Shown: positions 23,701-38,100, counted from the whole stretch's first letter. The stretch: DNA of 63,155 nucleotides, filler included, from Reclinomonas americana ATCC 50394 (GCA_048213135.1; 12 parts of 12 records of this genome joined end to end with filler, not necessarily neighbours in it); one strand, 5' to 3'. The notes: a model not told the origin generated them from the letters alone. Translations and numbers: made by a program.

Positions 23701-26449
23701 GTTCGGCACCACACGATCGCGCAGCGTCGACACCAGAGTGGTGGACACGGTCGGTGACTCGGCGCTGTCACCTGCCGACACCATGCTCTTGCGGTACTGA
23801 TCGTCGAGCAACTCGAAGAAGCTGGGCGTGGCCGCGTGCGCCGCCAGCGACCGCGGCGACAGCAGGTGCTGTGCGGCGGAGCGCGAGGCCACCGAGAAGA
23901 GCGAGGCAAAGTCGGCGGCGTGTGCCGGCAGCTGCTGCAGCACCGCGGAGGAGGAGCCGCCGCTGGAGAGAATGTCGTCGCGACACAGGCGCAGTATCTC
24001 CTCGTGCATCACATTGTTCAGCAGATCGTACAGGTCGTCGGCCCCAGTGGGCTTGGTGGAGCAGGCCGGCATGTCGACCAGCGACACGACGCGACTCGGC
24101 CGGTCGAAATCCACCTGGTTGAAGGCGCACGCCTCGGCCAGTGCCGTGTTGGTGAGCAGGAGCAAGTAGTCCACCACGCCCTGATACAGCGTCTTGCACA
24201 ACACGTCGCGACGCAGGGCGGCCTGCTCCTTGTCGAGGTTGCGCCGGAGGGCGGTGCGTGTGCCGGGCGCCAGCACCGAGTGGCACAACAGATCCTCCAG
24301 CTGCTCGTTGCTGATGCGCAAGAGGGCGGCGGCGCGTGCGAGCACCGGTGGATTGCGGCAGTGGCCGGTGCCACTCGACGCTGAAGAGCGGCGGGGAGTG
24401 AGTGGAAAGGAGGAAGGGTGAAGATCGGGAGGTAGACAAACCATCATTGTCAAACGTGGCCTCGGTGAGCCACAGAATGGCGGCCAGTTGTGCCAGCACG
24501 GCCTCGTGGGAGGACACCGAGGCACCGAGCACGTCACACATTACGTGCTCGAGGTCGGAGAGGAAGCTGGCGCATTCGGATTCGGAGAGCAGGGAGTCAC
24601 TGTCGCCCAGCAGGCGGAAATTCTGGCGGCCTTGGAGGAGTTTGTTGCGCGAGGCCACGCTGCCGGTGAGGCAGTGGAAGACGAAGAAGGTGGTGGGGGT
24701 CGAGGGGACAAGGCGGTTCTGCGAAAAGGGAAAGGCAGGAAGGGAAAGGGTGAGAGAGGAATAAGAGGGGAAGAGAGGGGTAAGGGGGAGAGGGAAGGGA
24801 AGAGAGAAAGGACAAGCGAATGGAAAGTGAAGAGGGTGCGGGAAGCAAAGAGGAGAGAGCAAAAGGGGAAAGGATAGGGGGAAAAGCGGAAGGGAAAAGA
24901 GAAGGACAAGCGAATGGAAAGTGAAGGGAAAGAGAACGGGAAGCAAATAGGAGAGAGAAAAAAGGGGAAGGGAGAGGGGTGAAAGTGGAAGACAAGTGAA
25001 GGGGAAGTTCAGGTGGGAAGGCAAAGGGAAGCAATGTGGAAGTGAAGATGGGAGAGAGCAGAAGAAAAGCGGTCACAATGAGCCACAACTGAACCGCAGG
25101 AAGTAGGAAGGCGTGAAAGTAAGGATATCATGAGGCGTGCACTCTCGATCTCGATCCCCAGCTTGATCGAGAAGGGGATGAGGCAAAGGAGAAGTAGTTC
25201 GCACACACTTTGTGCCCACTCGTCTCCTTTTTCTACCTCCTTTTCTCTTGCTCCCTCTGCATTTTTTGCTTCCCTTCTCTTGACTTTTTCCGCTCTTCTC
25301 TCTCCCTTCACTTTTGCTTTCCTTGTGCCTTTCGTCATCTTTTCTCCCTGCCCTCTCCTTTATTTCTCCCTTAATCCACTCTCTCTTCGTTCACTCTTCT
25401 TTAGTTGCCTTCAACCTTTCCTTCCCTCTTCGTCATTCTTTCGCTTCTCGCTGTACCATTTCGTTACTTCTTCCGTGTCGTTCCTTCTCCTGTCTCTTTT
25501 CCCTTTATCTATTTCCTTCGCTTCCTCTTCCTCTTTTTACTCGCTTTTGTCTCTTTCCCCTTCGCCTTTCTCTATTCTTTGCTTCTGTCTTCACTTTCCC
25601 TTCACTCGCTGTTCACTCACTCCCCTTGTCCTTCCTTCTTCCTCTTTCCTTCGCTTCGTCTTGTCTTTCCTTCTCTCTCCTTCTTTCTCTCCACATTCCC
25701 TTCTCTAACCTTTCTCCCTTCCCTTCCCATTCTCTCACCTTTTCTAGCAACGGCAAGCTCACATGACAGCCGGCAATCTTGCGATCGCTGGTGAACCGCA
25801 GCGCGATGCTGACGGCCTGCAAGGGCAACTGTGTAAACAAAACGATCTCACTACCAACAAGACAGCTCGTTGATCTCACCGCTCGCGTGGACCTGTCGTT
25901 GGTGACTGGCGCGGGGGCGTCGATAAACTCCTCCAGCACGGGCAGACAGTGGTCCAACACCTCGTCGATCTTGCTTGCCTCTTCGGGCTCTGCGCAGCGC
26001 AGCGAGGGTGAGTCCGACTTTTCCACACAACAAGTCGAACATCGAACACACCACAGGCGTGGAGGATGGAGGAGAGTAGGTTGCGACGAGCGGTGCTCTT
26101 GCCGCTGCCGCTCTCGCCCAGGATGAAGACCGAGGATTGGCCGGGAGGGCAGCCGCCCGACACTGCCACCAGAGAGAGAGAAAGAGTGAGAGTGAAGGTC
26201 ATCTCCTACAAGAACAGGAAGCGATGAGGAGGAGCAGCACGCACCGCTGTCCATGTGGAGGAGTTGTCGCGTGAGGCGGGTGAGTTGGTCGGCCATTGTG
26301 GCGGCGGCGGTCGACAGTTGTGCGCTTGATCCTCGCGAGGCATGCGGAAACGGCAACATTCGTGAGGGACTCATCACGAAGAATGTGCAGCCGCCCTTGA
26401 CATCCAGGCGGGCGGATCGCCACTCGGTCGCCAGATCGCGGTAGTCCAT
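17775..26449 (-). CDS. Divergent myosin-motor-like protein with a low-complexity middle and an ARM-like helical C-terminal region (multi-exon)
   Basis: QSSVFILGESGSGKS (P-loop), VLEEFIDAPAPVTNDRSTRA, IAGCHVSLPLLEKNRLV...FFVFHCL, RDVLCKTLYQGVVDYLL, VSLVDMPACS, LYDLLNNVMHEEI and DQFVAMYSRLL occur in myosin head order. That the 17775-22700 exons belong to the same gene is inferred from strand and splice continuity. Confidence 0.7.
21750..21950. repeat. Degenerate intronic minisatellite (unit like GAACGAGGGTTGAG)
   Basis: About a dozen imperfect ACGAGGGTTG-type units. Confidence 0.75.
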
Positions 26450-26723
26450 CTCTCTCTCTCTCTCACTATGTGTGTGTGTGTGTGCGAGCGCACCGGAAGA
26501 GAACAAAAAAGGCGAACGGATTATTATTCCGCTGAATTCCGGCTACAGTCCACCACGCTCAACTGCACCTTCCAAATATGGAGATGGGGGAAGTATGGTG
26601 TGAGCGAGAGGAAGGAGAGGTGGTGGCGGTTTCACACGGATGGTGGAAGGCGTTGGTACATCAACATGGTCGTCTTTTTACATCACCGCATAAGGGAGGC
26701 GGGGGGGAAAGACACAGGAGGGC

Positions 26724-27054
26724 TCATTGGCACAGCGTGTACAGATGCGGGCCGATTGAGTTGTGGAAGTCGCCGTGCCTTGTCGAAGGGAAGGGAGGAG
26801 TGAGTGAAAAGAGGAGAGTGAAGAGAGAAAATAAAAGCACTCACCATTCCTTGCCATCCTTGTCGACAAACACGCCGGGGCCGTCCATTACGCTGTCGCG
26901 CCACGCACCGTCGTATCGCGAGCCGTCGGGCCATCGGTAGGTGCCCTGGCCGTGGAATTTGTTGTGCACAAAGTCGCCGCGGTATTCGGCGCCGGAGGGG
27001 AAGCGAAGGGTGCCTTGGCCGTGCATTTGGTCGGCGGTGAAGTCGCCTTCGTAG
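26724..27054 (-). CDS. MORN2: MORN-repeat protein (MORN2-like), last two exons; 5' part not visible
   Basis: YEGDFTADQMHGQGTLRFPSGAEYRGDFVHNKFHGQGTYRWPDGSRYDGAWRDSVMDGPGVFVDKDGKEW spliced to HGDFHNSIGPHLYTLCQ*. Confidence 0.75.
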
Positions 27055-27263
27055 CTGTCGGGAGGGGAAGGGGAAGGGAGGGTGAGGGAGAGTGAGGGCA
27101 AAGGGAGGGAGAGGGGAAGAGAGGGGAAGGGGGGAGAGGGGAAGGGGGAAGAGGGGAAGGGGGGAGAGGGGAAGGAAGGGGAAGGGACGCAGTCTGGTTG
27201 ATTTCAGTGCGAGAGAGTGCCAAGAGAAAGGGGCACAGGTTGCTCTTTTGAAGTCGACTGACT

Positions 27264-27382
<119 letters not shown>

Positions 27383-27576
27383 GAGTAGAGTAGTAGTACG
27401 TAGTAGACGTAGACGTAGTACGTAGTACGGTACGAGTACGTACGTAGTACGTACGGTACGTACGTACGTACGTACGNNNNNNNNNNNNNNNNNNNNNNNN
27501 NNNNNNNNNNNNNNNNNNNNTTAATTAATTAANNNNNNNNNNNNNNNNNNNNNNNNNNNNNNNNNNNNNNNNNNNN

Positions 27577-30500
27577 AGCGTGCAACAGCGGCGGCAGTGT
27601 GGCGCGCGGACAAGTGTCTGTGCTGTCGGGAGGTCAGATTGCGGTGGACACGGCATCGACGTTGACGACGACGCTGAAGGTGACTGTGGCGAGCTCGGGA
27701 ACGGTGGCGGCGTCTGGCGGCAGTCAGTTTGTGACGCAGACGGAGCAGTTTGTGAGCAGCGGCGCACTGACGTTGGGTGGATCGTCGAGTACAACGATGA
27801 GTGCTGGTGTGCAACTGTTATCGGGAGCGACGTTGACGACGAGTGATGCAGGCAGCAGTGTGACGATGTCGGGGGCGGTGAGCTTGGCCGTGGGATCCTC
27901 TGTTGACGGCAGCGGCACTGTGACGTTCGCTGCGGCCCCGTCGGCTGTGTTGTCGGGTGCCATCGGCTCTATGGCACCGACTTCGCAATTGTCCGTCAAC
28001 GTACTGGCAGCTTCATCTGTGTCGCTGGCCAGTGGTGCTTCGCTGCGTGCGTCGCAGCTCACAGTTTCTGGTTCAAACTCCGTGCTATCGTCGTCTGGCA
28101 GTGCGGTGATTGCCACCACAATGACGGTGGCTTCGGCCGGCAGCTTTGTCGCTCTTACTGGGAGTTCGACTACCTTGCCGACCACCACTTCTGTGCAGTC
28201 GGTGTCTTCTTTTGTGCTCAACGGTGGCTCAGTGACGCTTGGTACCACCTTCAATGTGCAGTCATCGTCGTCTCTTGCGTTTTGCAACTCTGTGGGTGCT
28301 GTGTCTGCCACTGCCACGATTTCACTTTCCTTGTCGAGTTCGCTCGTGCACTGCTCGTCATCACTGCTGAGTGTGCAGAGTCTGGTGCTCCGTGACACGT
28401 CTTTCGTGCGACTGCACTCAGGCTGCACTCCGTTGTGCACGGCAGACTCGCCGGTGACACCTGCGACCACGGCACTTGCCGTGAATCAATTGGACTCCGG
28501 CACTGCCTCACGCGTTGTCATTAGCAGTTGCACGGCCGCCGTCTCGCAGTTGCTTACACTTTCGAGTGATTCAGTTGTCAGCGGTAGTGGCACGTTGCAA
28601 GTCGCCGGCTCCGGCAGCTTCTCGTCTGTCATGTTCGATACGTCACTTGGCCTCAGTGTGGTAGTCTCTGGTGGTTCGTACACGTGGAATGGTGACACGA
28701 ACGCCACCATTAGTGGTCTCGGTTCTGTCTCCGTGTCCTCTGGTGCGACGCTATCGCTGGTTCTGCCGGTGGCTGCGTCGCGGCTCCCGCCGCCAGCCGC
28801 TAGTGTCACCAGTGCTACGTGTCGCATCACCGTGGCCGGTCAGCTCGTCATGCAGTCCGTATCGGTGGACTCGCTGTTTGTATCCTGCGCGGTGGACAAC
28901 GCAGGCACTGTGGTGGCTTCGCAGGGCGCTGTTGTGTTGTTGCAGACGCTGCAGCACACTGTTGGCACTGCTCAGTTCTCCACGGCCGTTGGTGGTGCGG
29001 TCACAGTCGAGGCCCGATCCAACCTCATTGGCGCCGGCACGTGGACGGTCGACACCGGCACCTCGCTGACTGTGCGAGCCAGCAGCACTTCGTGTCCATT
29101 CGCACCTTCCACGTATCGATCGGCCGTGTGCTTCTCTGACGCCAACGTCTTCCGAGTCAGTGCCGGCGGACAGCTTGTGCTGCGCGGCAACCTCACCATC
29201 TCGTGCGCACTCTTTGATGTGCAGGGGCGACTCGATGCACTCACTGCGACCTCCACGCTTACGCTATTGTCGCGAGCGGAATGGACGTCGACGCTGAGTG
29301 CACGCATCGAGAATCGCGGCTCTCTATCCATGCAGGGTTCTTCCACTGCCGTCCTTTTGGGCACACTACCGTTCCTCGGTCTGTCGATCGATGTGCAAGC
29401 CGGCAGTGCGCTTGTTCTGCGCACTGCTGGTACGTGCGTTGGTACCATTGGTCAGTCGGTGACCGTTGCTGGCGTCTTGGGTGTGGCCGCATCGGTTCAA
29501 TCGTGCACTGGTGTCGGTGGTGCCGTCGTAGCCACGACAGTGTCTGTGTCCTCCTCTGGCCGCCTGGCCTATGCGGCCCAGTCGTCCACCTTTACCATCG
29601 ACTCGCTTACTGTGTCAGGTGCGACGATTGTCACGCCGTCGATTCCGGCGTTGGAAACAGACACGGCAAGCAACATTGCGAGCGGCGTGTCGGTCATTAC
29701 CGGAGCGTCTTCAGCACCTGCCGCGTCCTCGGCGAATCCACTGCTCTCTGTCACTGTTCTCGTGACTCTCAACGCGACCACTTCGTCGTTCGTGGTCGAC
29801 GCGGTGGGTACACTGGTCGGAGTATCGTGGAGTGCGGGTACGGTGTCTGGCTTTGGTTCATTGTCGTGCACTGGCGCGGTGCAGATTACAACAACGGCGG
29901 TGAAGACAGCTGCTGGGGCCATGTCGATTGTCGTGGCGTCACCGGGCAGTGTTACACTTTCTGCTGGCGCATCGACCGGGTCGCAGTTGGCACTTGCGGA
30001 CAGTGCTCTTCTTACGGTGCAGAGTGGCGTCACTGCGACGGCGGCGACACTGGCAACCGTCAGCTGCTCTGGCACATCTCGCATTCAGATCAATGGATCA
30101 GTCGTGTTCTCGGCCGCCACCAGCTCAAACTCGGTGGTGACCTGCCCGTTGACGGTGGCGGCCGGCGCGTCAGTTGCCATCCAGTCGCTCAACGTACGTC
30201 TTACCGGAGCGATTGCTGTTGCTGGTCAGCTGCAAGCCACCGGTGGTTCGTCGTGCAGTGGCCTGGTCGGCGGCACAGTGTCAGTCACTGGTCAGTTGTC
30301 AGTGGCAGCTGGCTGCTCAATGACAGTCGTCGATGGCAGCACTGGTGCATCCACCTTGACAGTGGCGGTCGCCGGCAGTGTCTCAGCCAGTGGCGCCCTG
30401 GCGCTGTCCAACAGTACATCGGCATCACTGCTCGGCACCATGTCGGTTTCTGCCACTGGTTCCTTGCTGGTCAACAACTCGGCGTCGCTGCAGACTTCTG

Positions 30501-33500
30501 GTACCGCCGCGCTCTCTGTGGCGTCTGGCGGTCAACTGACGGCCACCGATACAAGTAGCGTTCTCAGTGGCGCAACGCTGCAGTTGCAAGGCAGTACCAC
30601 AGTCAGCGGCTCCGCGCTGCTGCGTGTGGAAGGCGGTTGCGCGCCGTCTCTTGGCCAGACGGTGTCCGTGAGTCAAAATGCAGTGCTTGCGGTGGGTCCA
30701 CTGGCCGTGGCTTGCGTCACCGGTGCCACCGCGGGCTCGGTTTCCACCAGTGGTTCATCTGCATTTGCCATTGCCATGCCATCTCTGGGGCTGGCGGCCA
30801 GCGGTAGTGTGGCTTGCGGCAGTCTGGCGTGTCTGCAGACCGGCGACCTGTCCACCGCCGTCTCCACTTTATTCGATCCGTCAGGTGCGTTTGTTTGTCG
30901 ATGTAGAAACTCAGCTGTTGTTGTTGTCTCATTACGTCCCTCCTTGTAGATGTTCGTGCGGCCGTGGTTCAGTTGCGCGTGCTCGCCACCCGGTGGGCGG
31001 CGCAAGCTTCTGTGGGTGCAATCTCTGTCGGAACAACCACGACTCTATCGTCGACGACCATGGCGTTGTGGACCACGGGTTCGTGGACCACGGCATCACT
31101 TGTGTGGAGCAGCGGTACACTCTCCGGTGGCGGCGTTCTGTCGGTGATTGGCGGCTCCTTCAACGTGTCGGACAATACAGTGCGAACCGTGTCACGAGGA
31201 AGCACGGTGAGAGCGGAGTCGTCAATAATGTCTTCGTTCACCGCAGTGTCCGATCATGCTCACTTTTGTGCTGTTTATCACAGTTGCTGGTCGGCGCTGG
31301 TGCGACGGCCCAGTTCTCGAACATACAGATGGTGCTGACTGATGCCTCCCGTCTGGTGATCGCCGCCTCGGGTCAGTTGGTGGCACAGAGCGGCTCTGTC
31401 GGTGAGTGAGCCGCGTGTTCTGCGTAGTGCTGTCCGCGCTGACCGTGTCCTTCGTTTGTGTACACCTTTCGGCACCGCAGGTCGCGTCGGCGACACGTGT
31501 ACCATTCAGATCAGTGGCGCTGTCAGCTGTGCGGTGGCTCCCAGCAACCGCTTCGAGTTTGCGTGCCCTGTGACGGTGACTGGCGGTGGTGGCGCGTCGT
31601 TGTCAGTGACAGCGGGTGCTGTTGACATGTCTGCCGGCGTGCTTGTCAATGGTGCCATGCAAGTCACGGCAACAATGTCTGTGGCCTCTACCGTTCGCGT
31701 ACTTGGAGGCCTTGCGGCTGCCACAGCCGGTGCCTCGGTGACAGTGTCGGGATCTCCGGCCACTCTGCAGCTGCTGTCGACTCTCGGCACCTACCCCACT
31801 TCGGCAGTTTTGTCGTCCGTATCATCGTCGGCACTGATGACTGTGAGTACTGGCGGACAGCTCTCTGTGACCGGTACTACCTTGTCCGTGATCAGTAGTG
31901 GCACACTACAAAGTACGGCCGCCACAGTGTCGGTTTCCAGTTGCATTGTTGTTGCTGACAATGTATGTTCTAGTCGCTGTTGCCCTCTTACTTGTTTTTA
32001 TGTACGCAGGTGCTGGTTCACTGCTCGTGCGCTCCGCTGGTCGGCTGCTGGACGCTGGTCAGCTGCTGGTCGACGGACAAGGCTCGCAAGTTCTGATTGA
32101 TGGGACGGCTCCCGCAGCGTGTTTCAACTCTATCGGTGGTGTGTCGGCAACCATCAGCAATCGGGCCGCCGTTTCGATTGCCAGCGGTGTCACAGGATGT
32201 ACTGGGGCGACGGCCTCGGCTGGTGCCGTGCTGGTGCAGACCGATGGCACTCTGACAGTCGCATCGACCAGTGTGTCGCTCTCGTGTACTAGCCTGACGT
32301 TGAATTGCGCGGTCGTGACGTCGACCGCTGGTGTCTCGTGGACCACTGCGTCACTTGCACTGCAGCAGGAGTGCGCGCGTCTGAGTGTCGCTACGCAGGT
32401 GCGCCACCTCGTGAATGAGCTTTTTTGTAGTTTTCGTGTTCTCACGCCTGTGTGATGTTGCAGCTGACGGTTTCCAGCGACATGCAATGGAGTGGTGGCA
32501 CGATGACGGGTGGAGGAAGTGTGGTGCTCGGCAACACGGGCACGCTGACATCGGCACTTGCCAAGATTGTCGACTCGAATACAACGGTGGTGCACCAGGG
32601 CACCCTGGTGCGCGTGGTCACCGGCAGCACCATGTCTCTTGCGGCCACCGCCGCCGTCAAGGTCAACGCTGCTGCTGCTGAACTGCGTTTTGAAGGTCAG
32701 TCAACGTGTGTGCGCCAGGTTCTCTTGCGATTGTGGCACTGAATGCCGTGCGTTGGCGCGCGTGCAGGTGCAACGTCTGTGGTTTTGCAAGGCACAATTA
32801 TGCCTCTCTCCTCTGCGTGTCTGGTTCAAGTAATCAGCGGATCCGTGACGGCGGTGACTCCCGGTGTGCAAGTCGATGTGTACGTGCCGTGGTGTGTGGA
32901 GGCCGCCGGGTTGCTGGACGTGAGGACTGTCAGCGTCACTTCGTACCTGTCGTTGCGGAACTCGGGCACAGTTTCGGCTGGAACTGCGCCGGGAGGTGCG
33001 TTTTGTCTCCCCCTGTTCTTCTTTCACTCTCTCTCGTTCCCTTTGTTGGCTCATGCTGCGTGCCCGTAGTGGTGCTGATGTTGCGCGGCGTTGCGGCTGG
33101 CAACGGTGTGTGGACGGGTGCTGGCGAAGTGCGTGCAGTGGCGGCGGCGTCTGTCGTGGCCACTGCACCTGGGCGATTCAGTGGCAGTGGCACGCTGTCG
33201 CTCCAGGGTGCATCCACACTGACAATGGCCGCCGGCTGCAGTGTGAGCAATCTGTCAGTGGTACAGGTGACGGGTGCCTCGACGGCCACCGTGAGCGGCT
33301 CGTGGTCGACAGGCGCAGCTGCCGTCACAGTTGACGGCTCGTCGCGTCTGAATCTGTACGCCGACACGGTGTCGAGCGCCAGTGACTGTCTGACGCACCT
33401 TGGAAACACTGTGTCAATTACAAACGGGTCAACAGTGGATGTGGCGCCTTCGGCGCGTGCCTGCAATGCAGTGGCAGGCATTGCGGTAGGCACCGTGACC

Positions 33501-35139
33501 GCGACGGGATCCACCGCAACCCTACTCATGCGAACTGTGTCGACGGTGACTGCCACCAAGGTGTCGGCCACAGGCTCGCGGGTTGACTGGGCGCCGGCCA
33601 CTGGCAGCGTCGCCACGCTGGAGACTCTCGGCGGTGCGACGTGGAACATGTTGTCGGGTGCACCGGCGCTGACGGTTAGCGGTGCTTGGGATCTCGCAAG
33701 TGCTACCATCAACGGACCGGGTCAGATTGCCTGCTCGGGCGCGTGGTCCATCCACAGTGGCAGCGATACCAAGTCGCTACTCAACGGTCAGTGGCGGAAG
33801 TGATCGCCCTCCCCACTCTCCCAGATGCACGCTCACTCATATATATATTCATTTGTTTGTACAGTGTCGGTCTCGGCGTCGGCGACGGTCTCGTTCTATG
33901 AGAGTCCAGTTTTGGTTGTTGATGGATCCACAATCACATTGTCAAATAGCGCCGTCACCACCGTGGCGACCGGCGCAACCACGATCAAGCTGGTGAGTGT
34001 CTGCTTGCGAGTCTTATTGTCTCTCCCGCTCACCCAAGTTTTCCACGCGTGCGCATCCAGTCTTCGACGACAGGTTCTCTCGGCACAATAATCAACAACG
34101 GATTGCTGCAGCACTTGGTGGCCACGGCCACGTCGACCATCAGCACGGCGTTTGCTAGTACCGGAACGATTATCGTGGACAAGGGACTTATGACACTGTC
34201 GCCAGTGCCGTCGACAGTCAGTACCCTGTCATCGTGCTCCTTGGCCAATCTGGTAACCCTTCGAAACGGTGGTCGCCTGATTGCGAGTACGTCGTGCACC
34301 GTCTCCGGTCTGGTCGACGTGACCGACGGTACGTATTCGCACTCTTTTGTCAGTGTGTGTGAGTGTGTGTGTGCTCATCAGAAATTGTGCCGCTAGCCAC
34401 GAGCGCGATGCAGGTGACTGCCGTCGGAACCACTGTGACAGTGACGTCCGCCAGTGGGCTTGTGCGATCGTCGGGCACAGTCACAGTCGACACGAGTGCT
34501 GCTGTCAATTTGGTGGCGTCGGCGACTCTGCAGTCCAACTCTGCGACTTCGATTTTCAGCGTCCTTGGGAGTGGCAGTCTTACCGCTGCCACGGTGTCGA
34601 CGGTACTGCTGGCTGGCTCGGTGAATGTCAACACCAGTGGCACTCTCACGATTTCGGGCACGTGCACTCTTGCCGGAAGTCTTGCTCTGCAGACCTCGGG
34701 TCAGGTGGTGGTCAAGTTGCGTTGGATTCCGGTAATTGAGTGCTTCAGTCTCCTTCGTCCATGCTAATATCGTCCCCTCCGACGGTGTAGCAATTCGGCG
34801 TCATTGACTCTGCAAGTGTCCACACTGAGTGCCCTCACGTCTGCGTCGTTGACGATACTGGCCACACCTGTGACTGCAGCGCCATTCATCACCACGGCCA
34901 CTCTCGATTCATCGGCAGCGGTGTCCATGACTGCGGGCATGTGCTCGATGAGCGTCACCACCCTGTCATTGTCGGTACGCCAACCGTGTCACCTCTTTCC
35001 TTCATTNNNNNNNNNNNNNNNNNNNNNNNNNNNNNNNNNNNNNNNNNNNNTTAATTAATTAANNNNNNNNNNNNNNNNNNNNNNNNNNNNNNNNNNNNNN
35101 NNNNNNGTTGTCTGTTTGTCGTACTAATAGACTGATCTA

Positions 35140-35187
<48 letters not shown>

Positions 35188-38100
35188 TAGGGCGGAGCCT
35201 CGTTCGTGTCTTCATCGGCGTCGACTACGCTATCGCATACTACGGTGTCGATGACGGCTGATTCGTCGCGATGGTCATTTGCGGGAACTGCAACCGTCAC
35301 CGGCTGCTTCACGTGGTCCGGTGGCGTGGTGCAGGGCGGCAAAGTACTGCTGCCGTCGTGCTTGGTGGTCAACGGAAGCAACGCACACGAACTGCATGGC
35401 GCCGTGATGGAGACTTCTGGTTCGACGACTTTCACCAACACGCAGGTGGTGTCTATCACGCAGACGGTCTACTGGACCAACAAGGCCGGTGCCGTGGTGT
35501 CGCTCACATCGGGAGTTGGTATTGATCGAGGTGAGAGTGTGGAGGCGATGTAGCGAGTAACACTCTATTGCTGCATGTAACACACAATCGCCCTCTGCCC
35601 TTGTGCGTGTGTGTGTGCATACAGCTGCGAGCACTGTTTCGGCTGTCTTTGTCAACGCCGACGGGTCGTTGGTCAAGAACGGTGCCAGTGTGGATTCGGT
35701 GTTCGGCCTCGACGTGTACGCGTCTGCAGCTGCCGTCACCGCCGCCACTGTCGGTCACTTGCGGCTGAGCGGATTTGTCAATCAGGACACGGGCGGCAGC
35801 ATGACTGTTGCGTCACACGTCCCTTGTTTCTGGCTCCCATACTTTCCAGGCACTGAACGACCACTGGCTGTGATGCATATTTTGCTTTGTTGGTTTGCAG
35901 GCCGCGGTCGGAGGGCACTTGTCACTCCTCGGTGGTGGCAGTATCCGCGGCAGCGTGACCGGCGTCAGCGGCTCGCAGCTGTCGATCGGGCGTGCCACCG
36001 ACAGCAGTGCCGAGTTTGTGTTTGATCCAGCGGCCTCTCTATTGTCGGCTGGCACGCTGGGATTCGATGGTGGCTTCACGCTCATTCGCGGTGGTACGTG
36101 AATTTGTTCTTGTCTGGCGGCCCTGCGTGTGCATTGCCAAACAATCCGTGTCGCAGTTTTGACGGCTTCTAATTCCGTCTCGCTGGGTGGTGGTATCGTT
36201 CTTGTCGACACGGTCACATCGTACGCGGATTTGCCGCCGTACTCGATCCCCGTTGCGCCGGCCGCCTTTGAGGAAGGAGTGTCACCGGCAGGCGGTTTTG
36301 CATTCTTGGCGAGCGCCTTGCATGCACCGGCGGCGAAGTACGCCGCGGCTGCGGCTGGTCCGGGTTCGTCGCGCAGTCATCGATTCTCCGTCCGCGCCAC
36401 CACAACTCCATCGGCTACGATTTCCGACTCGCTGGTCATCAATGACGGCTCACTGGGCTTCGTCGCCGCTGTCTCCATCAACGCGAACATCATCATTGGC
36501 AGCACACGCAACACGCCCGCCACGCTGGAGGTCTGTGCATGCGTCGGTGTTGTTCCGCCCTCGGTTGTTTTTTTCTTTGGAGGCTAAAAGCGATGTCGTG
36601 CACACAGTTTATCCCCGGTGCCACCATTGTTGCCTTTGGACCGAATGTGTCGGTCCTCACGGGCGGCTCGCTGCTGGTGGACGCCGGCTCCACGCAGTCG
36701 CTGATTTCACTGCAGACTCTGATTGTGGCCGGCACAGCGAACTTCAATGGGTACGTTTTTTCTTTCGATTCTCTCACATCATGTGTCGCTGGCTTTCCCC
36801 TGTACTCACGCGATGCACCACAGAGGAGATCCACTGCAAGTGGACAAGCTGACGCTCGACGGAGGATTCCTGTCCGCCGACCTCCGCACTGATGTGCTGA
36901 CAGAGCTGCGGTGGCGCTCGGGCGGCCTGAAGGGTGCCGCGGTGACCGAGTCCCATACCAGCTTTGTGATGGAGGGTAGTGTCACCAAGTACGTCGACGC
37001 GCGCACTGTGATTATCGACAATCAGTGCCAGTTCACCGGTACCGGTGTGCTGCTCATGCGTAACGCCGCCACGATCAACGTGAAAGCGGTTTGTCATCCT
37101 GTGTTTCGTTGTTGTTTGCAAGTCATGCCGCTGAAAATCGCGCAATCCAGATGGCGACGTGCGTGTTCTCGTCCCCCTTCACGATGCAGTGGTTCGACAG
37201 CGCTGGCACGCCTGTGGCCGTGCACAACAGTGGCACGCTGATGTTCAGTTTGCCAATGGCCACCGACGAGGTGTTGTCGCGCGGCGTGCAAATCTTCAAC
37301 GATGCCACCGGCTCGGTGCAGTGGAGCACCGCTGGTGTTTTCCACGTGACTGACTCGACCATGGAGACGACGGGCACGGTATCCCTGAGCACAATCGGCA
37401 CGCTTCGCGTGGACGGCATCGGTTTGCAAGTACGCAACGCCGGCCGCTTGCAGTTGCGTCGGGAGGGGGGTGTGTGACGGAGTAGTGGGTCACTTGTTGT
37501 GTTTGTTGACTTTGTCCGCACATTCCACAGGGGACCTGGTCGCCTGATTGGTGACTTGCGCATCGACAATGGCGGCGTGATTGAGCCGATTGGCACCCTT
37601 GCTGTTGTCGGCGACTGGTACATGTCTCCAGAGTCACTGTTTGTGCTCTCCGTGACAGCCACTACCGTCTCTCGGCTTGACGTGAGTGGCACCGTAAACT
37701 TGGATGGGTGAGTCTCGCCCCGCATTCTCGCTTCTCCTTATTGCTTACCGTCCCCTGTCGCAGATTGGTGGATGTCGTGTTCACCACGCCCATCGACACC
37801 ACGATGGTGGTGGACTACACTGTCCTCACATTCCTTCACCGAGTCAACGACTTCCAGCTGCTGCGCGGCTGCAACGGATACCTGGTGGCGCGCTACACGC
37901 CCACCTCGTTCTTCATGCGCACACTTCTCAATCCGAGTTTCGACAATGTGTACGTGTCGGCCACTGGCAGTGACGCCTCGTGCTGCGGCAACCAGGAGTT
38001 GCGCTCAGCCATCCACGCGCCGTCGAAGTGCTCCTCTCTCACACATTCTTCCTCCACTTGTCAACAGCAACCCGTGTGGCACGCTGCAGTTCACCATTGA

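Noticed and set aside
27599..30949. Bacterial autotransporter contamination
   Set aside because: The ORF continues through many spliceosomal introns into a eukaryotic multi-TM region; no autotransporter beta-barrel is seen.
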